Source: Geobacter metallireducens GS-15
GTDB taxonomy: Bacteria > Desulfobacterota > Desulfuromonadia > Geobacterales > Geobacteraceae
Assembly: GCF_000012925.1 (NCBI RefSeq)
Contig: NC_007517.1
Location: 1,890,001-1,922,000, forward strand
Direction of reading: 5' to 3'
DNA: 32,000 bases
Shown: positions 23,656 to 32,000 of the stretch, one piece after another
Numbering within the stretch: the first letter of the stretch is position 1
How the letters are laid out: every line of letters begins with the position of its first letter
Program-made: the position numbers and the translations under genes
The notes under the pieces: model-generated
The model's input: only the letters and a program-made list of their open reading frames with translations
What the model was told of the DNA's origin: nothing
Database searches by the model: none

Positions 23656-25074
23656 TCACCACTTCTGCTTCAGTTCAAAGGCCAGGATCTCCGGAAGGTG
23701 CCGCAGGAAGGTAGCCACGCTGTGGGGCGACTTCCAGAGCATCTTCGTGTAGCCCCAATGGATGCGGCTCCGGCGGTAGAAGCGGCTGATGAATTCGTTG
23801 TAGAGCCCTTCCAGTTGTTCACGGGTCATGCCGTGGGGGACAAAGACGAAGTTGAGGCAGTTCATCAGCGGCCAGTTCTCGTCGAATTCCCCCTGTTCGC
23901 GGATGGTGGCGTAGAGCGGCGCACCGGGGAAGGGGGTGAACTTGGTGACGTTGATTTCGTCCAGGGGGAGTGCCAAGGCGTAGTCGATGGTCCGGCGGAT
24001 GGATTCTTCGGTCTCTCCCGGCAGCCCCACCATGAAGAGCCCCTTGACCCGCATCCCCGTGTCCCTCACCAACTGCAGTTTCCGCTGTACCTCGTCCAGG
24101 CCGTAGAACTTGCGGTGCTTCTTGATTACCTCCGGATCCCCCGACTCGATGCCGAAATTGACCTGCCAGCAGCCGGAGCGTTTGAGGAGCCGCAGCAGTT
24201 CCGCGTCCACATGCTCCAGGCGGGCGATGCAGTTGTAGGTCACCGGTAGCCGTTCCCGTTCCTTCAGTTCGCAGAAACGGGCTACCCGGGCGCGGTCGGT
24301 GGTGAAGAGGTCGTCATAGAAAAAGACGTGGCGGATCCCGTAGTCGCGGTTCAACATTTTCAGGTGCTCGACGATGTACTCCGGCGAGTTGAAGCGGAAT
24401 CCCCGGGAGAAGACCGAGCGGTCGCAGTAGGAGCACTGGTAGGGGCAGCCCCGGCTGGAGATGATGCTGGTGTTCGGCGCCTTCGGATAGCTGAAGAGGG
24501 GAAGGATGTAGCGTTTGGGGAACTGGGGAAGACGGTGGTAGGCCGGGAAGGGGAGGTCGTCAAGGTTGGCGATATGCTCGCGGAGGGCACTGATGACTCC
24601 CTTGCCGTTCTCCCGGTAGCCGACGCCGGGTATGCCGCTTCCACCGTGGTCCAGGTTGGTCACCAGTTCGAAAAAAGTCTGTTCCCCTTCGCCGATCACC
24701 AGGTAGTCGATGGCCGGGAAGGTGTCCAGCAGCCCAACGCCTACGGAGCAGGCATGGGCGCCGCCGAAGACCGTCGTGATGCCGGGGGCCTTTTCCTTGA
24801 TCCTTTCGGCAATGGAGTAGCCTTCAAGGAATGACGACGTGGTGCAGGAAAAGCCCACCACATCCGGGCGGCGGCGGATTACCTCGGCCACCAGGGTTTC
24901 AGCCGGCATCGGCGTGGCATAGCAGTCGATGACTTCGGTGCCGATTCCCCGGGCCTCAAGAAAGGCGGCTATGCTGAGCAACCCCAGGGGGGGCATGAGA
25001 TTGAAGATGGTGGTTATATCGGTTCCGGTCCCCAGCCAGTTGCTGCCGAAGGGATGGATGAAGAGGACCTTCAC
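23656..25074 (-). CDS. B12-binding-domain radical SAM enzyme (class B), paralog E
   Basis: N-terminal B12-like domain (VVGFSCTTSSFLEGYSIAERIKEKAPGITTVFGGAHAC). Cluster motif SSRGCPYQCSYCDRS. Sits 52 bp upstream of, and co-directional with, the PagL-like gene. Confidence 0.85.
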   Translation of the reverse strand: MKVLFIHPFGSNWLGTGTDITTIFNLMPPLGLLSIAAFLEARGIGTEVIDCYATPMPAETLVAEVIRRRPDVVGFSCTTSSFLEGYSIAERIKEKAPGITTVFGGAHACSVGVGLLDTFPAIDYLVIGEGEQTFFELVTNLDHGGSGIPGVGYRENGKGVISALREHIANLDDLPFPAYHRLPQFPKRYILPLFSYPKAPNTSIISSRGCPYQCSYCDRSVFSRGFRFNSPEYIVEHLKMLNRDYGIRHVFFYDDLFTTDRARVARFCELKERERLPVTYNCIARLEHVDAELLRLLKRSGCWQVNFGIESGDPEVIKKHRKFYGLDEVQRKLQLVRDTGMRVKGLFMVGLPGETEESIRRTIDYALALPLDEINVTKFTPFPGAPLYATIREQGEFDENWPLMNCLNFVFVPHGMTREQLEGLYNEFISRFYRRSRIHWGYTKMLWKSPHSVATFLRHLPEILAFELKQKW

Positions 25075-25318
25075 GTGAATCGCCTCGTTGCCGTAATGAA
25101 TTGCGGCGCTATGCTAGTCGGTTTGATGGAAGAAAGCAAATGCTATCGCTGTCGCCGAACGGTCATCACCTCGACTCTATCGAAGCCAACAGTTTGACTC
25201 CAGATACTTATAGCAAACCTACAAGATTTCTGTCCGTTGTTGGTGTTTAACGGCAACCGGCATCATTTATCCGGAGTGGAACGGTTGGGCACAGTAATAG
25301 CATCATCGAAAGAACCCT

Positions 25319-26293
25319 ATGAAAATCCTCTATATTGACGACAAAGCGGAAATCCGCACGCTATTGGGACGCTACCTTAAGTCATGGGGGTATGACGCCC
25401 TCGGTGCGCCCAATGGCGAGTCCGGGTGGAATCTTATCCAGGAGCATCGCCCCAGCATTGTGATCACCGACTGGATCATGCCCGACCTGGAGGGCCCGGC
25501 CCTCTGCCGGCGCATCAGGGGAGCCGGGTTTCCGGAATACACCTACATCATCATGCTGACCGCCAGGAGAGATGATGTGGTGGTCGGCATGGAGGCCGGG
25601 GCCGACGATTTCATCGGGAAGCCTTTCAATAAGGAAGAGCTCAAGGTGCGCATCAAGGCGGCCGAGAGGATCGTGACCCTGGAGCGGGAACTGGCGCTCA
25701 CCAACCTGGGGCTTCAGGAAAAGAACCGCCGGCTGGAGGAGTCGGAAGAACAGCTCCGGCAGATGGCCCATTTTGACAAACTGACTGGGCTGCCGAACCG
25801 CCTGCTGTTTTTTGAGCGCCTGGAGCGTGCCGTTGTGGAATCCAAACGAAGCGAGAGCAATTTCGGGCTCCTGTTTGTGGACCTTGACGCGTTCAAGGCG
25901 GTAAATGACAACCATGGCCACAAGACCGGGGACGAACTTTTGGTCATGGCGGGGCAGCGCATGGACGGCTGTGTCAGGGCATCCGACACCGTGGCCCGCA
26001 TGGGGGGTGACGAATTTTGCATTATCGTACGCGGGGTGAAGTCTTTTGACGGTCCGGTGACCGTGGCCGAGAAGATCATTTCAGCCCTGTCACGCCCCTT
26101 CGATATTTCCGGCATCACCTGCCGGATCGGGGCTTCGGTGGGGATCAGCGTCTATCCCCATGACGGAGATTCCGTGGAACTTCTCATGACCCATGCCGAC
26201 AACGCCATGTACGAAGCGAAGAGGGGGGGCAAGAACTCCTGGCGGCGATGGAAGCCGGATTCTCCCGATACTGATGAAGGTGTTCTTCTATGA
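25319..26293 (+). CDS. Response regulator with GGDEF output (diguanylate cyclase, PleD/WspR-like)
   Basis: REC domain (MKILYIDDK...IVITDWIMPDLEG...KPF). Coiled-coil linker. GGDEF domain with NDNHGHKTGD, GGDEF at 26003-26017, and an RxxD I-site (RASD) exactly 5 residues upstream of GGDEF. Confidence 0.9.
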   Translation: MKILYIDDKAEIRTLLGRYLKSWGYDALGAPNGESGWNLIQEHRPSIVITDWIMPDLEGPALCRRIRGAGFPEYTYIIMLTARRDDVVVGMEAGADDFIGKPFNKEELKVRIKAAERIVTLERELALTNLGLQEKNRRLEESEEQLRQMAHFDKLTGLPNRLLFFERLERAVVESKRSESNFGLLFVDLDAFKAVNDNHGHKTGDELLVMAGQRMDGCVRASDTVARMGGDEFCIIVRGVKSFDGPVTVAEKIISALSRPFDISGITCRIGASVGISVYPHDGDSVELLMTHADNAMYEAKRGGKNSWRRWKPDSPDTDEGVLL

Positions 26294-29200
26294 ATAGGCG
26301 CGAACTGATGGCCGGCGTCCTCCTGGGGAGCGCCGGCTTTCTCGTCAACTGGTTCAAACTGTCACTGTTCTTCAACGTGGACTTTCTGTTCGGCTCCGTG
26401 TTCAGCATGTTCGCCCTGCTGCGGTTCGGACCGGCCACCGGTCTGCTGGCAGCGGTGATTGCCGCAGGGTGCACCTGGCTGCAGTGGCACCACCCCTGGG
26501 CCATCGTCATTTTCGGCTGCGAGGCCCTCTGTGCCGGTTGGCTGAGAAACCGCAAACGCATGGACCTGATGCTCGGCGACATCATCTACTGGTTCAGCGG
26601 CGGCCTCGTGCTGGTCTGGCTGTTCTATCACCAGGTCATGGGGTTCAATGCCGGCGCCACTCTGTTGGTCGCCCTGAAGCAGGGGATGAACGGCATCATC
26701 AACACCCTGATTGCCGAGGCTCTCTTTCTGCTGAGTTGGCGGTTGCGGGGCGGCACCGAACTTCCTTCACTGCGTAAATGGCTGGGAGTCATCCTGGAGG
26801 GAGTGGTGTTGGTGCCGGCGTTCGTTTTCGCCTTTCTCGATACAAGCTGGTATTTCCGCCAGCAGATGACGCGCCTGCAGGAGAGTACCGCCCGTACCGC
26901 TGAAGTGGGCAACCTTACGATTTCAAGCTGGCTGGACGAAGAGCAGCACAAGCTGGGCATGCTTGTCAAACTGGTCGGTGACCCTGATCACAACCCGTCC
27001 CAGGAGATGCAGCGGCTCCTTGAAAGATACCATGCCGCCCATGGCAGCGACACCTACCGGCTGGGGGTCATGGATCGCAACCATGTCACTCGCGCCTTCT
27101 CGCCCCGCGTTGACGAAAAGGGCGTTTCCACCATCGGGGTATGGCTGGGTGACCGCCCTTACATAGCAGAGCTGAATGACCCGTCGCACCCGATAGTTTT
27201 CGATGCCTTCATGGGCAAGATTGGCGTACCCGGCCCCCGTCTCATTATGCTGGCCCCTTGCATGGTGGGAGGGGAATACAGGGGGGCTGTTTTCAGCGTG
27301 GTATCTCTCGGTCATCCTGCTGCACTGCTGAAGGGGATTGTCGGCAAACGGGATGTCAACCTGACGCTGCTGGACAGACATCGCCGGGTTGTTGCCTCTA
27401 CCGACAGCGGCAAGAAGTTTCTGGAGCAGTTTGCGCTGCCTAAGGGGGGGCAGCTGCATTCGGTCGGTAGTAATGTGAGCCAATGGGTTCCCGATCCGCA
27501 ACCGGGGGGCGGCCCCATGAAACGCTGGAATCGTTCGTTCTACATGACCGAGATTGCGCTGGAGCCGAAATCAGGCTTCCGACTGGTGGTGCAATCCTCG
27601 CTGGCACCGTCACTCAAGGAGATCAACAACCGCGCATCTATCCTGCTGGGGGTTCTGGCAATACTGACACTGGTGGTGGTTGGCCTGTCCCGGTATTTCA
27701 GCAGGCGATTGCTGGCGCCCTTTGCCATGCTGGGAAAGGTTACCAGTCAGCTTCCGGTCAGGATTGCACAGGGGGAGCAGATATCCTGGCGCCCCGCGGA
27801 GGTCAGGGAGGAGCAGGAGCTTCAGGATAACTTCCGGCTGATGGAAAATGCCCTGCAGAATAGCTTCTCCGAACTGACTGCAATCAATGAGGAACTTGAG
27901 CACCGGGTCACGGAACGGACCGCCGAACTGCGGATTGCCAAGGAGGCGGCTGAAAACAGCGAATTACAGCTCCGCAGCATAACCAATTCTGCCCACGATG
28001 CGATTCTGATGATGGACCACCAGGGTTCCATTTCCTACTGGAATCCCGCCGCCGAGCAGATTCTGGGGTACAGCGCGGCAGAGGCTCTCGGCAAGAACCT
28101 CCACGACCTTCTGACCCCTGAGCGCTATCTGGCCGACCACCTTACGGCATTCTCCGAGTTCCAACAGACCGGCTCCGGCAATGCCGTGGGCAAAACCCTT
28201 GAGCTCTTCGCCCGGCGCAAGGATGGTCAGGAAATCGAGGTTGCCCTGTCGCTGTCCGCGGTTTTCCTCAATGGGGCATGGAATGCCGTGGGGTTGCTCC
28301 GGGACATCACCGAACAGAAACGGATCAATGCATCCCTGCGGATGCTTTCCGCCGCCGTGGAGCACAGCCCGGTGTCCATCATCATTACCGACCGGGACGG
28401 ACGCATAGAGTATGTCAACCCCAAGTCCTGCCAGATGACCGGCTACGCCTTTGAAGAACTGCGGGGCCAGAACCCGCGCATCATGAAAGGTCCGACCCAC
28501 CCGCCAGAGTTCTATAAAAACCTGTGGGAGACCATACTTTCAGGACGGGAGTGGTACGGAGAATTCCATAATCGCCGCAAGGACGGCAGTCTTGTGTGGG
28601 TTATGGCATCCATTTCGCCCATCTACGACGAAAAGGGGGAAATCACCCATTTTGTGGGGGTTCGTGAGGAAATCGAAAAGCAGAAAAAACTCCAGGAAGA
28701 GCTTGCCAATATCGCACAACTGGAGAAAGTCGCGCGGGACCGGGCCGAACAGGCGAACAGGGCAAAGAGCGAGTTTCTGGCCGGCATGAGCCATGAGATC
28801 AGAACGCCCCTCAATGCAATCATCGGCATGAGTGACCTTCTGGCGGAAACCCGTCTTGACGGCGAACAATCAGGGTATCTGTCGGTTGTCCATTCAGCGG
28901 GCGAAACCTTGCAGGGACTGATTAACGACATCCTTGACCTGTCGAAGATCGAAGCCGGCATGCTGCAGCTGGATTCTGTACCCTTCAGTCTTCGGGACTG
29001 CATCCGGCAACTGACGGACATCACGTCGGTGAAAGCGTCCTCAAAGGGGGTAACGTATTCCTTCTCCGTGAAATCCGCTGTCCCGGACTGGCTCATGGGA
29101 GATTCGCTGCGGTTGCGGCAGGTGCTGATCAACCTGGTGGGGAATGCCGTGAAATTCACCGACAGCGGCGGGAGTGTACTTCTGGAGGTTGAGCCGGTCC

Positions 29201-30231
29201 AACAGTCCGATGCCGAAGTACTGATCAGGTTTTCCGTGGCCGACACCGGCATCGGCATAGCGCCGGAAAAGCTGGACACCATCTTCGAGAGTTTCAGCCA
29301 GGCGGATTCATCAACCACCCGGCGCTACGGCGGGACAGGGCTGGGGCTAGCCATCTCCCGTCACCTTGCGGGGATGATGGGAGGTGAAATCGGTGTGGAG
29401 AGCACCGTTGGGAAGGGGAGCTGCTTCCGCTTCACAGTACCTTTCGCCATCTCGCGCAGAACAGAAGAGCCGCTTCCGAAAGAACAACTTCCCGGAGACA
29501 AGCTCGGCAGACCGCTCTCCATTCTGGTGGTGGACGACAATCTGGCGAACCGCACCGTGCTGACGGCCTATTTCCGGCGTACCGAGCATACGGTAGAGTG
29601 TGCGGTAAATGGCGAAGAAGCCCTTGCAAAGATCAAGGGGGGTGGATATGACGTGGTTTTCATGGATATGGAGATGCCGGTCATGGATGGCTATACGGCA
29701 GTGCGCCTGGTGCGTGAATGGGAGCGGGAGACGGGCCGGGCGCCGCTGCCGGTGATCGCGCTCACTGCCAATGCGCTCAAGGAAGATCAGTTAAGGAGCC
29801 TTGATGCCGGCTGTACCGCGCACCTGACCAAACCGATCAAAAAGGACAAGCTGCTGGAAATCGTCGGAGAATACCAGCAACGACCACGGACCAACGGGAA
29901 GCAGGGAACGAACATGGATCGCGACAATGTGCCGGATAAAATAGTGGTCGTCTGCGATCCGGACCTTGAAGACATCATCCCGGCCTATCTGGAGGGGAGA
30001 AAGACAGAAGGCTCTGTCATCCGTGAACTTGCGGTCAATGGTCAGTTCGACGAAGTGCGGACCATCGCCCACGGCTTGAAGGGTTCCGGCGGCTGTTACG
30101 GTTTTTCGAGGATAACGGAAATCGGGCGGGATATGGAACTGGCGGCGAATGACGGCAATCTCGTCGAGGTGTTGAAACAGCTCGATACCCTCGAGGCGTA
30201 CCTGCAGGCAATTGAAGTCCGCTACGAATAA
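26290..30231 (+). CDS. Hybrid sensor histidine kinase (multi-TM N-domain, extracytoplasmic sensor domain, 2x PAS, HisKA, HATPase, REC, Hpt)
   Basis: 1313 aa. About 5-6 N-terminal TM helices, a large loop, then a TM segment (ILLGVLAILTLVVVGL). Two PAS-like repeats (ILMMDHQGSISYWNPAAEQILGY and IIITDRDGRIEYVNPKSCQMTGY). H-box SHEIRTPLNAI (His codon 28792-28794). G-boxes DTGIGI and GGTGLGLAI. REC (ILVVDDN...VFMDMEMPVMDG...KP). C-terminal Hpt (AHGLKGSGGCYGF). ATGA overlap with the GGDEF regulator gene. Confidence 0.9.
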   Translation: MNRRELMAGVLLGSAGFLVNWFKLSLFFNVDFLFGSVFSMFALLRFGPATGLLAAVIAAGCTWLQWHHPWAIVIFGCEALCAGWLRNRKRMDLMLGDIIYWFSGGLVLVWLFYHQVMGFNAGATLLVALKQGMNGIINTLIAEALFLLSWRLRGGTELPSLRKWLGVILEGVVLVPAFVFAFLDTSWYFRQQMTRLQESTARTAEVGNLTISSWLDEEQHKLGMLVKLVGDPDHNPSQEMQRLLERYHAAHGSDTYRLGVMDRNHVTRAFSPRVDEKGVSTIGVWLGDRPYIAELNDPSHPIVFDAFMGKIGVPGPRLIMLAPCMVGGEYRGAVFSVVSLGHPAALLKGIVGKRDVNLTLLDRHRRVVASTDSGKKFLEQFALPKGGQLHSVGSNVSQWVPDPQPGGGPMKRWNRSFYMTEIALEPKSGFRLVVQSSLAPSLKEINNRASILLGVLAILTLVVVGLSRYFSRRLLAPFAMLGKVTSQLPVRIAQGEQISWRPAEVREEQELQDNFRLMENALQNSFSELTAINEELEHRVTERTAELRIAKEAAENSELQLRSITNSAHDAILMMDHQGSISYWNPAAEQILGYSAAEALGKNLHDLLTPERYLADHLTAFSEFQQTGSGNAVGKTLELFARRKDGQEIEVALSLSAVFLNGAWNAVGLLRDITEQKRINASLRMLSAAVEHSPVSIIITDRDGRIEYVNPKSCQMTGYAFEELRGQNPRIMKGPTHPPEFYKNLWETILSGREWYGEFHNRRKDGSLVWVMASISPIYDEKGEITHFVGVREEIEKQKKLQEELANIAQLEKVARDRAEQANRAKSEFLAGMSHEIRTPLNAIIGMSDLLAETRLDGEQSGYLSVVHSAGETLQGLINDILDLSKIEAGMLQLDSVPFSLRDCIRQLTDITSVKASSKGVTYSFSVKSAVPDWLMGDSLRLRQVLINLVGNAVKFTDSGGSVLLEVEPVQQSDAEVLIRFSVADTGIGIAPEKLDTIFESFSQADSSTTRRYGGTGLGLAISRHLAGMMGGEIGVESTVGKGSCFRFTVPFAISRRTEEPLPKEQLPGDKLGRPLSILVVDDNLANRTVLTAYFRRTEHTVECAVNGEEALAKIKGGGYDVVFMDMEMPVMDGYTAVRLVREWERETGRAPLPVIALTANALKEDQLRSLDAGCTAHLTKPIKKDKLLEIVGEYQQRPRTNGKQGTNMDRDNVPDKIVVVCDPDLEDIIPAYLEGRKTEGSVIRELAVNGQFDEVRTIAHGLKGSGGCYGFSRITEIGRDMELAANDGNLVEVLKQLDTLEAYLQAIEVRYE

Positions 30232-30255
30232 TCGGAACACGTCATGTTCCGCCGC

Positions 30256-30300
30256 AAAAAAACGCGGCTCCCGGCTGATTCGGGGGCCGCGTTTTTTTTT
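30256..30300. terminator. Bidirectional intrinsic terminator
   Basis: A7 tract, 12-bp stem (ACGCGGC-T-CCCG / CGGG-G-GCCGCGT), 7-nt loop, T9 tract. Lies between the convergent kinase gene and the CoA-transferase gene. Confidence 0.85.
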
Positions 30301-30314
30301 GCCCAATCCGGCAT

Positions 30315-31136
30315 CTATCCTTTTGTCACCTTCGGAATGAAGATCTGCTCAGGATCAAGAACATCGTGGATGAAGTGCAATTCTTCACGGGTCGGGGGAA
30401 GCGTTTCGCCGCTGACCCGGGAGATGTCCAGGTCGAAGTGGCACATCTCCGTTATTTCTTGCGGCGTTTTGCCGGGGTGGCAGGTGTCCAGGTAGATGCG
30501 GCCGGTCTCCCCGTCGAACCGGAAGACGCCGGCGGTGCTGATGACCGCGGACGGACCGCCGCGGTAGGCGGCGCCGTAGAGCTCCCGGCGATGGACGAAG
30601 TCGCCCTCCGGCCATTTTTTCACCCGCCAGCCGGGGCTCGTGATGTAGCTGACGTTGGGGGTGAAGCGGCGCTTCTCGTGGACCATGATGAAGACGGTCC
30701 GTTTGGCGAAGGAGTTGATGTCGGGGTTGCCGCCGCTGCCGGTGAGGCGCAGTTCTGGGTTGAGGTAGTCGCCGATGCAGGTGGTGTTCACGTTGCCGTA
30801 TTCGTCCACCTCGGCGCCGCCGAGGAAACCCAGGTCCACGTAGCCCCGCTGGGCGATGCTGAAGGCATCGTAGAGCCCCGAGGCCCGGGAGGCTCCCATC
30901 TCGCACCGGGCGTCGCCGACGGAGGTGGGAATGGCCGGCGGGCGGCCGTCGAGGGTGCCAGCCTCAAAGATGAGCTTCAGGTTCGGGGCGTGGGTCTTCT
31001 GGGCCAGCATGATCGCCACCATGGGGAGGCCGGTGCCGGCGAAGACGATTTCGTTGTCCTGCACCTCGCGGGACGCCGCGCAGCACAGCAGGTCGGCCAG
31101 GCCGTATTCTTCCGGATTCGCATACTCTCTGCCCAT
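30315..31136 (-). CDS. Family I CoA-transferase, subunit B (glutaconate/3-oxoacid CoA-transferase beta-like)
   Basis: 273 aa. LLCCAASREVQDNEIVFAGTGLPMVAIMLAQKTHAPNLKLIFEAGTL and TGSGGNPD are typical of beta subunits of heteromeric class I CoA-transferases. The start lies 1 nt after the stop of the upstream subunit. Confidence 0.8.
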   Translation of the reverse strand: MGREYANPEEYGLADLLCCAASREVQDNEIVFAGTGLPMVAIMLAQKTHAPNLKLIFEAGTLDGRPPAIPTSVGDARCEMGASRASGLYDAFSIAQRGYVDLGFLGGAEVDEYGNVNTTCIGDYLNPELRLTGSGGNPDINSFAKRTVFIMVHEKRRFTPNVSYITSPGWRVKKWPEGDFVHRRELYGAAYRGGPSAVISTAGVFRFDGETGRIYLDTCHPGKTPQEITEMCHFDLDISRVSGETLPPTREELHFIHDVLDPEQIFIPKVTKG

Positions 31137-31137
31137 A

Positions 31138-32000
31138 TTATTGCCCCCTCTTCACGCCGGTGGAGTAGTTGAGCGCGGTGTTCGCCTTCAGGGTCAGCAT
31201 CCGCGGCCAGCCGAGCTTCTCCAGGTAGCCCAAGTGGTCGAGCCCCATGATCCACTCCTTGGCGAAGTCATCGAATCCTTCCTGGGTGCGGGTCCGTCCG
31301 TAGAAGTCCTTGAGGAAAGCACCGTCCACGTCGTAGCGGCCGAACATGCCTGTGGGGTGGGCGCCATAGGGACACTCCACGATGTAGTCCACCTCGAAGC
31401 TGGTGATGGTGTTGCGGTCGGCCTCCCGGCGCAGGTACTCCTCGGGGACGATCTCTTCGGCCATAACGATGGTGATGTCCGCGGTGCGGGCCGCCTCGGG
31501 GTCGGAGTAGTACTGGCCGTTGACCCGCACCGTCCCTTCCTCACCCACCTGCTGGACGCACATGATGGCGATGTCCGCCTTTGCCGCCGGTACCAGCACC
31601 TGGGGGCCCGCGCCGTAGAAGGGGTCGTCGGTGAAGAGGTACTTGTGCTTGGGGATCCGCTTCCCGTCACGTTTGCCGGCCCGGCCGAGCATGTCGTACT
31701 CAGGGTTGTGGATGTCCGTGCCGAGGGATGTCTGAGTGACGGCGTAAGGAGCGCCGGCGGCACCGGCAGCGAAGCGGAACATCATCTCCGCATGGCTGTA
31801 ATCCTCAACGATGATCTCCTTATTCCCCACCTTGCGGGAGAGGTTGGCGCCGTACTTGCCGTAGAGTTCATGCCCCACCCAGCACGACTCCCAGATGTCG
31901 ACGCACCCGGCTCCCACGAGGAATTCGGTGTGTGGGCCGCCATTCACTTCGATGAGGTGGAGTCCCCGTCTCTGCTGGCGGATCAGCTCGAAAACGATGG
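31138..32000 (-). CDS. Family I CoA-transferase, subunit A (3' part; gene continues past the right edge)
   Basis: The reading frame stays open upstream of the ORF-track start (…IVFELIRQQRRGLHLIEVNGGPHTEFLVGAG…), so the real start is outside the window. Sequence is typical of the alpha subunits that pair with the downstream beta subunit. Confidence 0.8.
   Translation of the reverse strand, partial: IVFELIRQQRRGLHLIEVNGGPHTEFLVGAGCVDIWESCWVGHELYGKYGANLSRKVGNKEIIVEDYSHAEMMFRFAAGAAGAPYAVTQTSLGTDIHNPEYDMLGRAGKRDGKRIPKHKYLFTDDPFYGAGPQVLVPAAKADIAIMCVQQVGEEGTVRVNGQYYSDPEAARTADITIVMAEEIVPEEYLRREADRNTITSFEVDYIVECPYGAHPTGMFGRYDVDGAFLKDFYGRTRTQEGFDDFAKEWIMGLDHLGYLEKLGWPRMLTLKANTALNYSTGVKRGQ

Noticed and set aside
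25285-25302. Sigma54-like -24/-12 element TTGGGCACAGTAATAGCA upstream of the GGDEF regulator
   Set aside because: The GG-N10-GC spacing is correct, but both flanking conserved positions deviate (GGGCAC and TAGC). The predicted start site would leave only a ~7-nt leader with no ribosome-binding site before ATG 25319. No adjacent enhancer-binding protein gene is present.
25319-26293. Possibility that the Rec-GGDEF protein is a Hypr GGDEF (GacA-like cGAMP synthase) feeding the nearby riboswitch
   Set aside because: The base-specifying residue in the GHxxG(D/S) motif is Asp (GHKTGD), as in canonical c-di-GMP cyclases. In Hypr enzymes this residue is Ser.
1-32000. Search for CRISPR arrays, tRNA/rRNA genes, and toxin-antitoxin or phage-defence modules
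   Set aside because: No regularly spaced direct repeats, no cloverleaf-compatible sequences in the intergenic regions, and no small paired ORFs or nuclease/ATPase defence signatures were seen by eye. Absence cannot be proven without tRNAscan or CRISPR finders.

Overview
High-GC window that looks Geobacter/Desulfuromonadales-like; the taxon is inferred from content only. All calls rest on by-eye motif recognition, with no searches run.

Layout, left to right:
- The 5' end of a Bcr/CflA-type MFS gene on the minus strand.
- An intact IS4-family insertion sequence with a perfect 9-bp target duplication. It sits in the divergent MFS/LysR intergenic region.
- A LysR regulator.
- A ~17.3 kb co-directional operon of 17 genes (about 2.86-20.19 kb), largely translationally coupled. 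This is the main candidate for an undescribed system.
  - It has an aryl-polyene (APE)-like type II FAS/PKS core: ACP, FabD-like acyltransferase, KS, CLF-like KS partner, ketoreductase, hot-dog dehydratase and thioesterase.
  - It has APE-like lipid attachment and export genes (LpxL-type acyltransferase, GT2, LolA-like carrier, MMPL/RND exporter) plus a polysaccharide deacetylase.
  - It carries five radical SAM enzymes: four B12-binding class-B types and one SPASM/twitch-like.
  - It has no enoyl reductase, no aryl-starter genes and no precursor-peptide ORFs.
- A visibly lower-GC insert (about 20.3-23.0 kb) with a lipoprotein gene and a GEMM-I cyclic-dinucleotide riboswitch. The riboswitch has an overlapping intrinsic terminator and sits in front of a heptahaem c-type cytochrome. 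A non-coding duplicate of the 3' end of the neighbouring PagL-like gene brackets this cassette.
- On the minus strand, a sixth radical SAM (B12 type) followed by a PagL-like outer-membrane lipid deacylase.
- A translationally coupled Rec-GGDEF response regulator and a 1313-aa hybrid histidine kinase with an Hpt domain.
- Two family-I CoA-transferase subunits; the second runs off the right edge.
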